Source: a virus. Taken from it: 39,158 nt of DNA. The position numbers and the translations under genes are program-made. Positions 1 to 8,888 of this stretch are shown piece after piece. The stretch spans positions 1-39,158 of the IMG/VR virus record IMGVR_UViG_3300046373_000033, one strand, 5' to 3'. The notes under the pieces are model-generated. The model searched no databases, was not told the DNA's origin, and worked only from the letters and a program-made list of their open reading frames with translations. How positions within the stretch are numbered: the stretch's first letter is position 1; each line of letters starts with the position of its first letter.

Positions 1-127
1 CGCATTAACGAGCGTGGCGCTACGTTGCACCAACTCAATGTTGACAACATCCGTAACAACTACGGAGCAGAACCGCTTGATACCTCTGGGTATAAGTCGC
101 AGCCTGCCACGGTAGGCGCAAACGTTG
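1..127. repeat. Terminal duplication, copy 1 (identical to 39032-39158)
   Basis: cgcattaacgagcgtggcgctacg...ggtaggcgcaaacgttg reads identically at both window ends (127/127 by eye). Confidence 0.9.
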
Positions 128-300
128 TCCAGAGACCAGCCAATCCACAAGCAGCAGTCAAAGCCGCAGTGGATAGCGGCCAAGTTCGCCAGCTTGCCGC
201 CTCTCGCCCTGTAAGCGTGAACAATCCGCAGGAATATGCTCGCCTGCCATCCGGCACTCTATACATGGCCCCCGATGGCTCAATGAGGACTAAACCATAA
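1..300 (+). CDS. 3' part of the ejection protein gene that starts at 37931
   Basis: Position 1 equals 39032, which is codon position 1 of the 37931 frame. This is the same frame as track ORF 25..300. Stop TAA at 298-300. Confidence 0.7.
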   Translation, partial: RINERGATLHQLNVDNIRNNYGAEPLDTSGYKSQPATVGANVVQRPANPQAAVKAAVDSGQVRQLAASRPVSVNNPQEYARLPSGTLYMAPDGSMRTKP

Positions 301-1985
301 TGGCAAACTTTTGGGAAAACGATCCGGTTTACAAGCCGAATGCTCCCAAGCAGGCGTCGGCCAACTTTTGGGAGAATGACCCTGTAGCGCAGGCTCCAAA
401 AACGCAGCAATCCGCTCCCGCGCCTGGACAGCCATCCATGTTGCAGAACATAGGCCAAGGGGCAGGAAACCTCGCTGCCGGCTTAATCCGCGGAGCCGGT
501 TCAATCGGCGCTACCATCCTGGCCCCATACGACATGGCAAAGGATGCGCTAGACGGAAAAGGATTATCCCTGGAATCTAACCGCGCTCGACGCCAAGGCA
601 TTGACGATGGATTGCAAACCCTGGGCGCGCAGCCTAATTCAACGCTTTACCAGGGCGGGAAAATCGCTGGCGAAATCGCTGGGACGGCTGGTGCTGGCGG
701 TGTTCTAGGCAATGCTGTCGCTAGGGTTGCTCCTGGCGCCACCAATATTGCCAATGCACTGGCAACCAATGGATTCAGAGCTGGCGAAACAACTGGAGTT
801 AGGAATGCTCTTACCCGAGCAATTGGTGGATCTGTTGCTGGCGGCGCTACCGCAGGCTTGATTGATCCTAACGATGCCGCTTCTGGTGCAGTGATAGGCG
901 GCGCACTGCCTGTTGCATTCCGTGGAGCTGGTGCAGTCGGTGGAATAATTGGCAAAGGGATTAGCGGTGCTGGTAAACTTGTCGGCGGGGAAGTTTCGCC
1001 CGAAGTTTCAGCATTGGCAAAGCGCGCAAATGAGTTGGGAATCGACATCCCCGCCGACCGCATCACCAATAGCCGCCCACTCAACGCTTTAGCTTCCAGC
1101 TTAAACTATGTCCCGTTCAGTGGCCGAGCCGCTGTTGAGAAAAACATGGAGAACCAGCTTACCAAAGCGGCTACTCGGACCTTCGGTCAAGAGTCAGACA
1201 ACATGGGTCAAGCTTTGCGCACTGCTAGCAAAGATCTTGGCGGAAAGTTTGATGATGTCCTGAAGAATAATCAGGTCAAAGTCACGGACTCATTCCTGAG
1301 CCAGCTTGGTGAAATTGGCGCTACGGCAGAGCGGGAGCTTGGTAAAGATGGATTGCAGGCAATTTCCGGTCAGATAAATGAAATTCTGCAAAAAGGCCAA
1401 TCAGGCGTCATCGATGGTCAGGCAGCCTATAACATCAAAAAAGCACTAGACCGTATTGGCCGACGCAACACGCCGGAAGCATATCACGCCACGGAAATGA
1501 AAAAAGCGCTGATGGGCGCACTGAATGAGTCTATCGGACCCGAAGCGGCAGCAGCCTTTGCCAAAACTCGCCAGCAGTACGGGAACATGCTTTCACTGGA
1601 AAAACTGGCTCAGAACGGCGCAGAAGGCGATATCTCAATTGCTCGCATGGCAAATATGCGAAACATCAACAACGAGCCATTGCAAGAGATTGCAGACATC
1701 GCCGCACAGTTCGTCAAGTCTCGTGAAGGCGCTCATGGTGCTGCGCAAAGAGCAATCACAGGCGGCATTGCCGCATACCTAGGCGGCCCTGCAAGCTTAG
1801 CCGCTGGAGCCGCAAGTGGACGAGCAACGAATGCCCTATTGAACAGCAACGCAGGACGCAAGCTATTTGCCGGCCAAAGCTATGCGAAACAGACTGGGCG
1901 GCTTGGCTCAGGCTTCAATGCTCTTGTTGATCTGGCGGAACCGAATGTTTATCGCGCCGCGCCTCAGCTATCGAACGACCGGTAA
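300..1985 (+). CDS. Ejection/internal virion protein (third of three), Gly/Ala-rich
   Basis: 561-aa ORF with a TAATG overlap with the upstream gene. The N-terminal peptide ANFWENDPV is duplicated. Long G/A tracts. Lies between the other E-proteins and the gp10-like hub. Confidence 0.6.
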   Translation: MANFWENDPVYKPNAPKQASANFWENDPVAQAPKTQQSAPAPGQPSMLQNIGQGAGNLAAGLIRGAGSIGATILAPYDMAKDALDGKGLSLESNRARRQGIDDGLQTLGAQPNSTLYQGGKIAGEIAGTAGAGGVLGNAVARVAPGATNIANALATNGFRAGETTGVRNALTRAIGGSVAGGATAGLIDPNDAASGAVIGGALPVAFRGAGAVGGIIGKGISGAGKLVGGEVSPEVSALAKRANELGIDIPADRITNSRPLNALASSLNYVPFSGRAAVEKNMENQLTKAATRTFGQESDNMGQALRTASKDLGGKFDDVLKNNQVKVTDSFLSQLGEIGATAERELGKDGLQAISGQINEILQKGQSGVIDGQAAYNIKKALDRIGRRNTPEAYHATEMKKALMGALNESIGPEAAAAFAKTRQQYGNMLSLEKLAQNGAEGDISIARMANMRNINNEPLQEIADIAAQFVKSREGAHGAAQRAITGGIAAYLGGPASLAAGAASGRATNALLNSNAGRKLFAGQSYAKQTGRLGSGFNALVDLAEPNVYRAAPQLSNDR

Positions 1986-2078
1986 AGGCCGCATAGACGA
2001 GGTTCACTATGAATGACAGGGCCACCAAGCCAAGCGCCTTATACAGCAAGTAGTCTTTGAATTCCATTTCCACTCCCG

Positions 2079-2102
2079 AAGCCCGCCCCGTGCGGGTTTT
2101 TT
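2079..2102 (+). terminator. Intrinsic terminator-like hairpin plus T6
   Basis: Stem cccgc (2082-2086) pairs with gcggg (2092-2096), loop cccgt, followed by tttttt (2097-2102). Confidence 0.55.
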
Positions 2103-2122
2103 GTATTTGCGACAAGGATACC

Positions 2123-3526
2123 ATGCAAGTTCCCCTGTTCGGCGTCTCCCAGGCTGGCAAGTCGCGCACTATTACGGCGCAGCGCCATATTAACCTTTAC
2201 GCCGAAATTGCCGCTGATGCAGACAAGTCTACCGTGTCGTTCTACGGTACTCCGGGCCTGACGTTGGATTACTCCTACGGCGATACGCCAGTGCGTGGAA
2301 GTATCGCCGTAGGCGATTACAAGTATGAGGTCCACAGAGGTACTTTATGGCGAGTTGATAACTCCGGCAATAGGACCATTATCGGCGTCTTGGCGACATC
2401 ATCAGGCCGTGTCGAAATGGCATATAACGGCACCCAAATTGCCATTGCAGACGGCGTTCGATTGTATTGCCTGACTATCGCTACAGGAGTTCTCAACCGG
2501 GTTTCTTCGGGCTTGTTCGACAACCCGATAAGCGTCACATTTGGTGACAGCTATTTTATCGTGGGATTCAGGAACGGAAGGTTTCAAATTTCCTCATCGT
2601 ATGATGGCAACACGTTCGATGCTTTGGACTATGCAACGGCAGAGTCTAATCCAGACGGCTTACTGCGCGTTATTTATGACCATGGAGAATTGATTCTTCT
2701 TGGCGATGTCACTGTCGAGTTTTGGAGTAATACAGGCGGGCAAGACTTCCCATATTCGAACATCAAGGGTAGCACTTTGGAATTTGGACTTGCCTCTCAA
2801 TGGTCGCTAACAAAATTCAATGATTCACTTGCGGGCCTGTTCAGGAACGCCATGGGTCAAGTTCAAGCAATGGTCATGACTGGCCATGCTTTGCAGCCTA
2901 TCAGCAAGCCAAACGAAGACTACATTTTTAACGGATATTCCTCTGTCGCAGATGCGACTGGCTACTCATACCTACTTGGTGGGCACCCCATGTTTCAGCT
3001 CAATTTCCCCTTGGCCGGAAAGTCATGGTTGTTTGATGCTCTAACAGGAATGTGGACTCAACTGGAATCTGGCTTAAACAGTGGCAGGCACCGAGGTGAA
3101 ATAAGAACAGACTATCTCGGCAAACAGAGAATCACAGATTTTGAAAATGGCAACGTGTACACATTGAATCCCGATGTGTACACGGATAACGGCATGCCAA
3201 TTGTGAGAGAGATTATCAGTCGCCACACGTTTAAAGATGCGCATCGCATGCAGGTTTCGTTCTTGCAGGTTGAGTTTGAGCCCGGAGTGGGCCTGCAATC
3301 AGGGCAAGGCTCTGATCCCCAGGCAATGCTTCAAATATCCCGCAACGGCGGGCAAACCTATGGCAACGAACTTTGGACAACGATTGGACCAGTTGGCGAA
3401 TACACGCGCCGTGCAATGTGGTGGCGGCTAGGCATGTCTAGAGACTTCACTTTCAAGATTCGAATCACTGACCCTGTAAAGGTTGTCATATCGAATGGGT
3501 ATATGGATGCAAAGGAAGTCAAATGA
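2123..3526 (+). CDS. Tail hub / packaged-DNA stabilisation protein, P22 gp10-like
   Basis: Track ORF 2057..3526. I place the start at ATG 2123 (AAGGA at 2114-2118). AESNPDGLLRVIYDHGELILLGDVTVEFWSNTG resembles P22 gp10 AESQPDGIIGIGTWRDFIVCFGSSTIEYFSLTG (recalled from memory). Size and C-terminal end are similar. Confidence 0.75.
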   Translation: MQVPLFGVSQAGKSRTITAQRHINLYAEIAADADKSTVSFYGTPGLTLDYSYGDTPVRGSIAVGDYKYEVHRGTLWRVDNSGNRTIIGVLATSSGRVEMAYNGTQIAIADGVRLYCLTIATGVLNRVSSGLFDNPISVTFGDSYFIVGFRNGRFQISSSYDGNTFDALDYATAESNPDGLLRVIYDHGELILLGDVTVEFWSNTGGQDFPYSNIKGSTLEFGLASQWSLTKFNDSLAGLFRNAMGQVQAMVMTGHALQPISKPNEDYIFNGYSSVADATGYSYLLGGHPMFQLNFPLAGKSWLFDALTGMWTQLESGLNSGRHRGEIRTDYLGKQRITDFENGNVYTLNPDVYTDNGMPIVREIISRHTFKDAHRMQVSFLQVEFEPGVGLQSGQGSDPQAMLQISRNGGQTYGNELWTTIGPVGEYTRRAMWWRLGMSRDFTFKIRITDPVKVVISNGYMDAKEVK

Positions 3527-3876
3527 ATAACAATGCGCCCATTCGAGAGCCGGCTGGATCCATATGGAGTCCAGCGTGGGCTGCTTGGTTTCAACAGATA
3601 TTTGATTGCCTCCCCTGGAAGCGTTCCTACAACTACACATTCCCCTTGGATTTTCCTTCAGCGCCTGCGCAATCCCAAAGTTCATTACAGGTAACAGCGA
3701 TTGGAGCGAGAGCAGGAAGCGCGGTTTTGGTTACCCCTTCCATTGATGTCCCGGGCGTTTATTTTTCTGGCGTAGTAACAGCAAACGATATCGTAACGTT
3801 GTACGCAAAAAACTTTACCGGTAGCGCAATTGATCCTTCCGCACAGCCCTTCCGAATCATAATTTTGCAGAACTAG
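3523..3876 (+). CDS. Hypothetical tail-associated protein (117 aa)
   Basis: ATGA overlap with the gp10-like gene. Lies between hub and fibre. No motif recognised. Confidence 0.6.
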   Translation: MNNNAPIREPAGSIWSPAWAAWFQQIFDCLPWKRSYNYTFPLDFPSAPAQSQSSLQVTAIGARAGSAVLVTPSIDVPGVYFSGVVTANDIVTLYAKNFTGSAIDPSAQPFRIIILQN

Positions 3877-3884
3877 GAGACAGC

Positions 3885-5216
3885 ATGGCTCTTTTCTCCC
3901 CATGGGGAAATCAACAGTTTTTGGACCAAAACGGCGCTCCTGCTGTGGGATGGAAACTGTACACATACGCGGCTGGATCCAGCTCACCGATGGCGACTTA
4001 CACGACTTCAGCCGGGACAGTTCAACATCCCAACCCCATTATCATTGACGCCCTTGGTTACTCGACTGCTGGACCTGTTTGGCTGGCTACAGGCACGCTT
4101 TACAAGTTCGTCTTGATGGACGCGAACAATGTAGTTCGCAGGACTGAGGATGGTATTTCTGGGATTGCCGATCCATCCTCGTCAAGCGGTCAATGGCAGC
4201 CATCAGGCGTGACGCCAACCTACATCAGTGCCACCTCATTCTCTTTGCCTGGTGATCAGACAAACGCATTCCATATTGGCCGCCGCCTTCAGTTCGCCAC
4301 GAATGCTGGAACAGTCTATGGAACGATTTCGAATTCTGTCTTCAGTACATTAACCACTGTCACCGTAGTGATGGATGCTGGCCAGATTCTGGATATTGGT
4401 TTGAATGCAGTGAATTTGAGCATTCTTAGGGCTGATGTGAATGCATCCCCTGGCAACAGGATGATGGAAGTTCGCGGCATGCGTGGCGCGCCCAATTCTG
4501 CGACACCGTTGGTGATTTATGATTTTTCCGCAGATGCGGTCACGATGCGTAATTCCGCAGGGTTCGGGATTACCCGTTTCAATACTGGCACCTTGTCTGT
4601 GAATTTGACTGTTGCCGGCCCCGCCCCAAACGCCACAGATCAAGCTGCCGTTATTCCGGCTAATTCTTTCGTGCATCTGTATTTCATCAGCAACGGGTCA
4701 ACAGTTCAAAGCATTGCAAGCTTGCAGCCTCCTACGGTCGGCCCGGCTTTGCCATCGGGTTATGCCTATTGGGCTTATGCTACAACCGTCCGTTGGAACG
4801 CTTCGAGCCAAATCATACCTAGCCTCACGAGAGGAAGCACGGTTAGTTACGACCTTTCTAGCGGGGCAGGAAATCGCATCGTTACAGGCGGATCATCTTT
4901 GGTAATGACTTCGCTTGGCGCGGGAGATTACATCCCAACCTTGGCGTTGATGGCAAATTTTAATGGTTTTCTTTCGCTAACAAGTACGCCTGGCGGGAGC
5001 TTTTCCCTAGTTGTTCGCCCCCTAGGTTCTGGGACTGGTGGGATTGCTGTTGTGAGCGCATACTCCCCGCCAAACGGGGTTGCCGTATCTTCCGCGCCAT
5101 TTAGCTTACCCAACAGCGCGAACACCCAGATTCAATACCAACTCAGCGCAGGTCCGACGACTGGCGGCGCATCAATCGATATCCTCGGCTACACCATTCC
5201 TAACGGTGACTCATGA
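3885..5216 (+). CDS. Tail fibre protein
   Basis: N-terminus MALFSPWGNQQFLDQNGAPAVGWKLYTYAAGSSSPMATYTTSAGTVQHPNPIIIDALGYS is the common podophage fibre N-terminal pattern (F.D.NG.P...G.LY.Y.AG......TY......NPI..D..G). The remainder is S/T/G-rich. Confidence 0.75.
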   Translation: MALFSPWGNQQFLDQNGAPAVGWKLYTYAAGSSSPMATYTTSAGTVQHPNPIIIDALGYSTAGPVWLATGTLYKFVLMDANNVVRRTEDGISGIADPSSSSGQWQPSGVTPTYISATSFSLPGDQTNAFHIGRRLQFATNAGTVYGTISNSVFSTLTTVTVVMDAGQILDIGLNAVNLSILRADVNASPGNRMMEVRGMRGAPNSATPLVIYDFSADAVTMRNSAGFGITRFNTGTLSVNLTVAGPAPNATDQAAVIPANSFVHLYFISNGSTVQSIASLQPPTVGPALPSGYAYWAYATTVRWNASSQIIPSLTRGSTVSYDLSSGAGNRIVTGGSSLVMTSLGAGDYIPTLALMANFNGFLSLTSTPGGSFSLVVRPLGSGTGGIAVVSAYSPPNGVAVSSAPFSLPNSANTQIQYQLSAGPTTGGASIDILGYTIPNGDS

Positions 5217-5605
5217 CTAAATGTGCGTTCACGAATGCAGATGGGATCCTTACGGCATGGGGAAACGTCGATTACAACAATGGGGACGCATGCCATATTG
5301 TTCCCGATGATTTCAATATGCTCCCAGGTAGAGCGCGATTTGTTGATGGTCAATGGCAGGATTACATGCCCATCGAAAAGCCTGCGTCATGCACGCGCAA
5401 GCAGGGGAACATGGCTTTATATGAAATGGGCTATCTGGATGAGGTGCAGGCCATCGTAGCAGCGGCACCAGAGAATGTGAGAATCGCCTACAACGATGCC
5501 GCAACATTCGAGCGCACAGACCCTTTCCTGCAAATGATGGCCTCAGACATTGGTTTGACTGACGAGCAACTTGATCAACTCTTTGCCCTTGCGGTGACAC
5601 TGTAA
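5213..5605 (+). CDS. Hypothetical protein downstream of the fibre (possible fibre chaperone, by position only)
   Basis: 130-aa ORF, ATGA-coupled to the fibre gene. Confidence 0.55.
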   Translation: MTKCAFTNADGILTAWGNVDYNNGDACHIVPDDFNMLPGRARFVDGQWQDYMPIEKPASCTRKQGNMALYEMGYLDEVQAIVAAAPENVRIAYNDAATFERTDPFLQMMASDIGLTDEQLDQLFALAVTL

Positions 5606-5922
5606 TGCCAAATACAAAGCCTGTAGTAGTGGATGACCGTAGAAAGCCCCGGTTCGATATGACGATCAATCTAGGCCATGTGATTACGTTGATTGCCTTT
5701 GTGATTTCAGGATTTGCATTCTGGAATTCCGTTGATAAGCGGATCTTGGTGCTTGAGGTTGCCAATAACAGCCAGAGAGAGCGGGATATCAATCAGGACT
5801 TGTCGAGCAAGGAGAAATTCACCGAAGTTCGGGAGTCTCTCCGAGACTTGCGCCGTAGCGTGGATAAGCTTGCTGACGCCATCACAGATCAACGAGTTAT
5901 AACAGGGAGTGTGAAGAAATGA
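5605..5922 (+). CDS. Membrane-anchored coiled-coil protein of the lysis cassette (holin/antiholin or i-spanin-like topology)
   Basis: One hydrophobic helix (LGHVITLIAFVISGFAFW) followed by a charged helical tail. Overlaps the endolysin start. Confidence 0.5.
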   Translation: MPNTKPVVVDDRRKPRFDMTINLGHVITLIAFVISGFAFWNSVDKRILVLEVANNSQRERDINQDLSSKEKFTEVRESLRDLRRSVDKLADAITDQRVITGSVKK

Positions 5923-6335
5923 TCCGCGACAAACTGATAGCGCAGCTTACTCTGGATGAGGGAAAGCGGAATAAGCCCTACAAGGATTCCGTAGGGAAAT
6001 TGACAATTGGCATTGGCCGCAACCTAGACGATATCGGCGTATCGGATGATGAGATCAATTTCATGCTCTCCAACGATATCGACAAGGTGGCCAAGCAGCT
6101 AGACGACATGATGCCGTGGTGGCGCTCAATGAACGATGCTCGGCAGAATGCGTTCTGCAACTTCGTTTTCAACGTAGGCATTGGCACGGCCATGACGTTC
6201 AAGAACAGCTTGGCACTACTTCAGGCCGGGAAATATGTTGATGCCGCTGATGCAATGATGCAGTCCAAATGGGCAAGCCAAGTAGGCAACCGGGCTGTCA
6301 GAATTACCAGCATGCTTCGCAGAGGGGAATTCTGA
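5919..6335 (+). CDS. Endolysin, T4-lysozyme-type (GH24) muramidase
   Basis: LDEGKRNKPYKDSVGKLTIGIGRNL gives the E-x8-D-x5-T catalytic spacing of T4 lysozyme. 138 aa. Confidence 0.9.
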   Translation: MIRDKLIAQLTLDEGKRNKPYKDSVGKLTIGIGRNLDDIGVSDDEINFMLSNDIDKVAKQLDDMMPWWRSMNDARQNAFCNFVFNVGIGTAMTFKNSLALLQAGKYVDAADAMMQSKWASQVGNRAVRITSMLRRGEF

Positions 6336-6865
6336 TGGACCCATTAACGATTGCCTTGGCGCTGGCATCGCAATTTGCGCCCGCTCTCATGAAGCGTCTA
6401 ACGAATAGCGAGACAGCAGGCGCGGTCACCTCGCAGGTTTTCGATATCGCTCGTACTGTCACCGGAAAGGCTGATCCTAATGACATGCTTGATGCAATCA
6501 AGGCGGACCCAACTGCCGCCATGGAGTTTCAAAAGCAGGCGATGGCATTGGATGCAGAACTTGAAAAAGCTTATCTGGCTGACCGCCAGAATGCCAGGGC
6601 AATGCAAGTCGCCGCCTTGGGCCAGGACGACAAGCTTTCAAAGCAGTTCGTCTATTATTTCTCCGGCGCATGGTCTTTGTTTGCCATGGGGTATTTCTCA
6701 TTCGTGACGTTTCATGAAATACCAGCAACCGGGCAGCGCACAGCGGACACGATACTTGGCGTTCTGATTGGTTCTATCCTTGGCTCAATCTTCCAATATT
6801 TCTATGGGACAAACCGACAGTCTCAAGTTAAAGACGCAACCATTAGCAACCTGACAAAATCCTGA
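6335..6865 (+). CDS. Putative holin, GTA-type 3-TM holin family-like
   Basis: Track ORF 6269..6865. Start placed at ATG 6335 (TGATG overlap with the endolysin stop). Hydrophobic segments FVYYFSGAWSLFAMGYFSFVTF and ILGVLIGSILGSIFQYFYG. Overall pattern recalls Pfam 'holin of 3TMs, for gene-transfer release' (from memory). Confidence 0.55.
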   Translation: MDPLTIALALASQFAPALMKRLTNSETAGAVTSQVFDIARTVTGKADPNDMLDAIKADPTAAMEFQKQAMALDAELEKAYLADRQNARAMQVAALGQDDKLSKQFVYYFSGAWSLFAMGYFSFVTFHEIPATGQRTADTILGVLIGSILGSIFQYFYGTNRQSQVKDATISNLTKS

Positions 6866-6872
6866 GGTGACT

Positions 6873-7184
6873 ATGTACGGCATCAGCGACGACATGATCT
6901 TTAACGAGACACGAGCCGCGCTGAATGCCGGTCAGCCGCAGGCTATCGTGTATGCGGCTGTCTACAATAAGGCGCTCCAAGACATTGCCCACATTGCCGC
7001 ATGCATGGAAGTTGTTCCGACAGCAGGCAATCGCCTGCCTCAGAAGTCGTCCATGGAGTGGATGCGTAGGCAGCTTGAAGATGAGTGGAATAAGGAGTTC
7101 ACCAGGAAGAAGCTGGCGGAAATGAAAGTGATCCGAGAATCAGGCGAGCTAGATACCCGGGCGGTGCGTAGACTTGAGGGTTGA
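6873..7184 (+). CDS. Hypothetical protein, last gene of the lysis block (no TM segment or lipobox seen)
   Basis: GAGG at 6864-6867, 5 nt before ATG 6873. 103 aa. Confidence 0.55.
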   Translation: MYGISDDMIFNETRAALNAGQPQAIVYAAVYNKALQDIAHIAACMEVVPTAGNRLPQKSSMEWMRRQLEDEWNKEFTRKKLAEMKVIRESGELDTRAVRRLEG

Positions 7185-7266
7185 TGGTTGGCCGCTACGC
7201 GCTGCTTAGTCCGCTCCCTACTGAAAGGTTCTGTGGCGGATACCCATTACAGACTCAGTTCTCACC

Positions 7267-7354
7267 ATCAAGTAAGCCGATTTGCTCCGCCATCTACTTA
7301 ATTCGATGTACCCATGGTCAGCGATGGGCCTCACTGCAAATCAGCTTACTTGAT
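7267..7354. repeat. Inverted repeat pair A in the attP-like region (19 bp arms, 1 mismatch)
   Basis: ATCAAGTAAGCCGATTTGC at 7267-7285. The reverse complement of 7336-7354 is ATCAAGTAAGCTGATTTGC. Confidence 0.85.
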
Positions 7355-7445
7355 AGTGCCGGTCTTTCCCGGCTGTCCATGATGGTTTTGCACCGCGCAC
7401 TTCAGCAGATATTTCACGGCCACGCTACGGTCGTTATCCAAAATC

Positions 7446-7541
7446 ATCAAGTAAGCGGCCTTTAACGTAAACTTGCTGACTCACGGGATTGAACCCACCT
7501 GTTGCCAACCGTTCCATCAGATTAAAGGCAGCTTACTTGAT
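7446..7541. repeat. Inverted repeat pair B in the attP-like region (19 bp arms, 1 mismatch). Shares the 11-mer ATCAAGTAAGC with pair A.
   Basis: ATCAAGTAAGCGGCCTTTA at 7446-7464. The reverse complement of 7523-7541 is ATCAAGTAAGCTGCCTTTA. Confidence 0.85.
7474..7495 (-). other. Candidate attP core resembling a tRNA 3' end (T-loop, T-stem 3' strand, acceptor 3' strand)
   Basis: The minus strand reads GGTTCAATCCCGTGAGTCAGCA: a GTTCAATCC T-loop-like string, then CCGTG, then AGTCAGC and A. It sits centrally between the arms of pair B. Confidence 0.3.
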
Positions 7542-7925
7542 GCGCCCATTCCTGAGCGCTGCTAGTTACGGGTTCTAGCGTCCACCGTATTTTGTGGCCG
7601 GTTAAAGCCTGATGCCGGAGCAGAGCAGGTACAGCGCAATTCTACGCCGGTACGTGGGCCTTTACAACAAGGAAAAGGTGTGGCGAAATTTTGCCACGCA
7701 ATAGCGAATAACCTGCGCTGCATGCATGTTGCACCAAGAAAATATCCTTTGTTTACAAGGCTCTTACATCTGTGCGCCATTTGCGCATTATGTGTCGGGT
7801 CCAGCGCGTAGTGCTTTAATTATTCGATTGCATAATTCAATATAAGCCTTACGAATCAATGGCTTGTGTTATGTCGCCGCAAGAAATTACGGCAACATAA
7901 TTTCTATTGGTGTGGAAGAATTCTG

Positions 7926-8888
7926 TCATTTTATTTTTAGAATTGCAGCCTCCATGCTTTCCACCGAAAGGTGTGAATATCGCTGAGTGCTACGGCTATC
8001 CAGATGCCCGAGTACTTTTCCGATAGTGTACAGGTCCACGCCAGCATTGATCATTGATGAGGCGGTACTGTGCCGGATATCATGGAAAACAAGGTTATTC
8101 AGACCAACCGAGTCCATTGCCTCCCTGATCTTGGTTTGGATCCAGCGTTTCTTAAAGCCTATCGGAAACTGCCTCAACGAAGACAGCGCCTTGTGATGGA
8201 CCGGCACAAGTCTTGTCGCCCCGTTCTTCACGACCTTTCCCGGTAGCAGAATTCCCCGCGTTGTAATCTGCGACTCGTTGCCAACGCTGATGATTTCACT
8301 CAGGCGCATTCCAGTGTAAAAGCCCAGCCGCAGTACGGCGCGAGACGGGCGATTCTTGCATGCTCTGGCAATCATGATCATTTCGCGGCGCGTGGCGTAG
8401 ACCTGCCTCTCATTGGAAACGGCTGGCATTGCCACACTCACAGTCCCATTGCCGAACCCGTGTTTCTCGTAGGCATAGTTGATTGCAGACCGGATGTAGG
8501 AGAGCTTGTTCTTGATACTACCCGGCGCAAGCTCGCCCCGCTCATCGTTCATGTATTCCCTAGCGACGGCTGGAAGCTGATCAATATACTTGCCATCGTA
8601 GTATGCGAACAGCCGTGCCAACTCCTTCTTTACGCCATCGCCGTTCTTTAACTCAGGACAGCGATAGCGGTAGTACAAGTCCACAGCATCGGAAATCAGG
8701 TGCCTTTTAGGCCCTGTATTAGTCGCATTTTCGTAGAGGCGGTCTGTTTCTGCTTTTGAGTACGCTTGGGCCTGGGAGCGAGACCATCCTTTCGGAAGGA
8801 GCTTAGTAGCCCTGACCCTTGTTCCATTGATAACCTTTGAGAACTCAAAGCGCCAACGACCCTTTGCACTATCGAAATATGCTGACAT
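7926..8888 (-). CDS. int: Tyrosine recombinase (phage integrase)
   Basis: FYTGMRLSEI (catalytic R), and VFHDIRHSTASSMINAGVDLYTIGKVLGHLDSRSTQRYSHL (H-x-x-R, H, Y). N-terminal GRWRFEF arm-binding-type motif. Confidence 0.9.
   Translation of the reverse strand: MSAYFDSAKGRWRFEFSKVINGTRVRATKLLPKGWSRSQAQAYSKAETDRLYENATNTGPKRHLISDAVDLYYRYRCPELKNGDGVKKELARLFAYYDGKYIDQLPAVAREYMNDERGELAPGSIKNKLSYIRSAINYAYEKHGFGNGTVSVAMPAVSNERQVYATRREMIMIARACKNRPSRAVLRLGFYTGMRLSEIISVGNESQITTRGILLPGKVVKNGATRLVPVHHKALSSLRQFPIGFKKRWIQTKIREAMDSVGLNNLVFHDIRHSTASSMINAGVDLYTIGKVLGHLDSRSTQRYSHLSVESMEAAILKIK

Noticed and set aside
3885-5216. Looked for a diversity-generating retroelement (reverse transcriptase plus a template repeat of the fibre C-terminus), as in some related podophages.
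   Set aside because: No ORF in the track shows reverse-transcriptase motifs (YxDD). I saw no second copy of the fibre 3' end elsewhere. This was an inspection by eye, not an exhaustive alignment.
7465-7522. Is there a complete tRNA gene between the arms of repeat pair B?
   Set aside because: Only a T-loop/acceptor 3'-half-like string is present. The 5' T-stem partner (GTGGG vs the required CACGG) does not pair, and no D-arm or anticodon arm could be folded by eye. It fits an attP core better than a gene.
7181-7780. Listed ORFs 7181..7465 (+) and 7562..7780 (-) in the gap between the lysis genes and int.
   Set aside because: The region is occupied by the inverted-repeat att architecture. The predicted products are compositionally odd (C/H/W/R-rich, with no SD). 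I treat the region as a non-coding attP/regulatory region.
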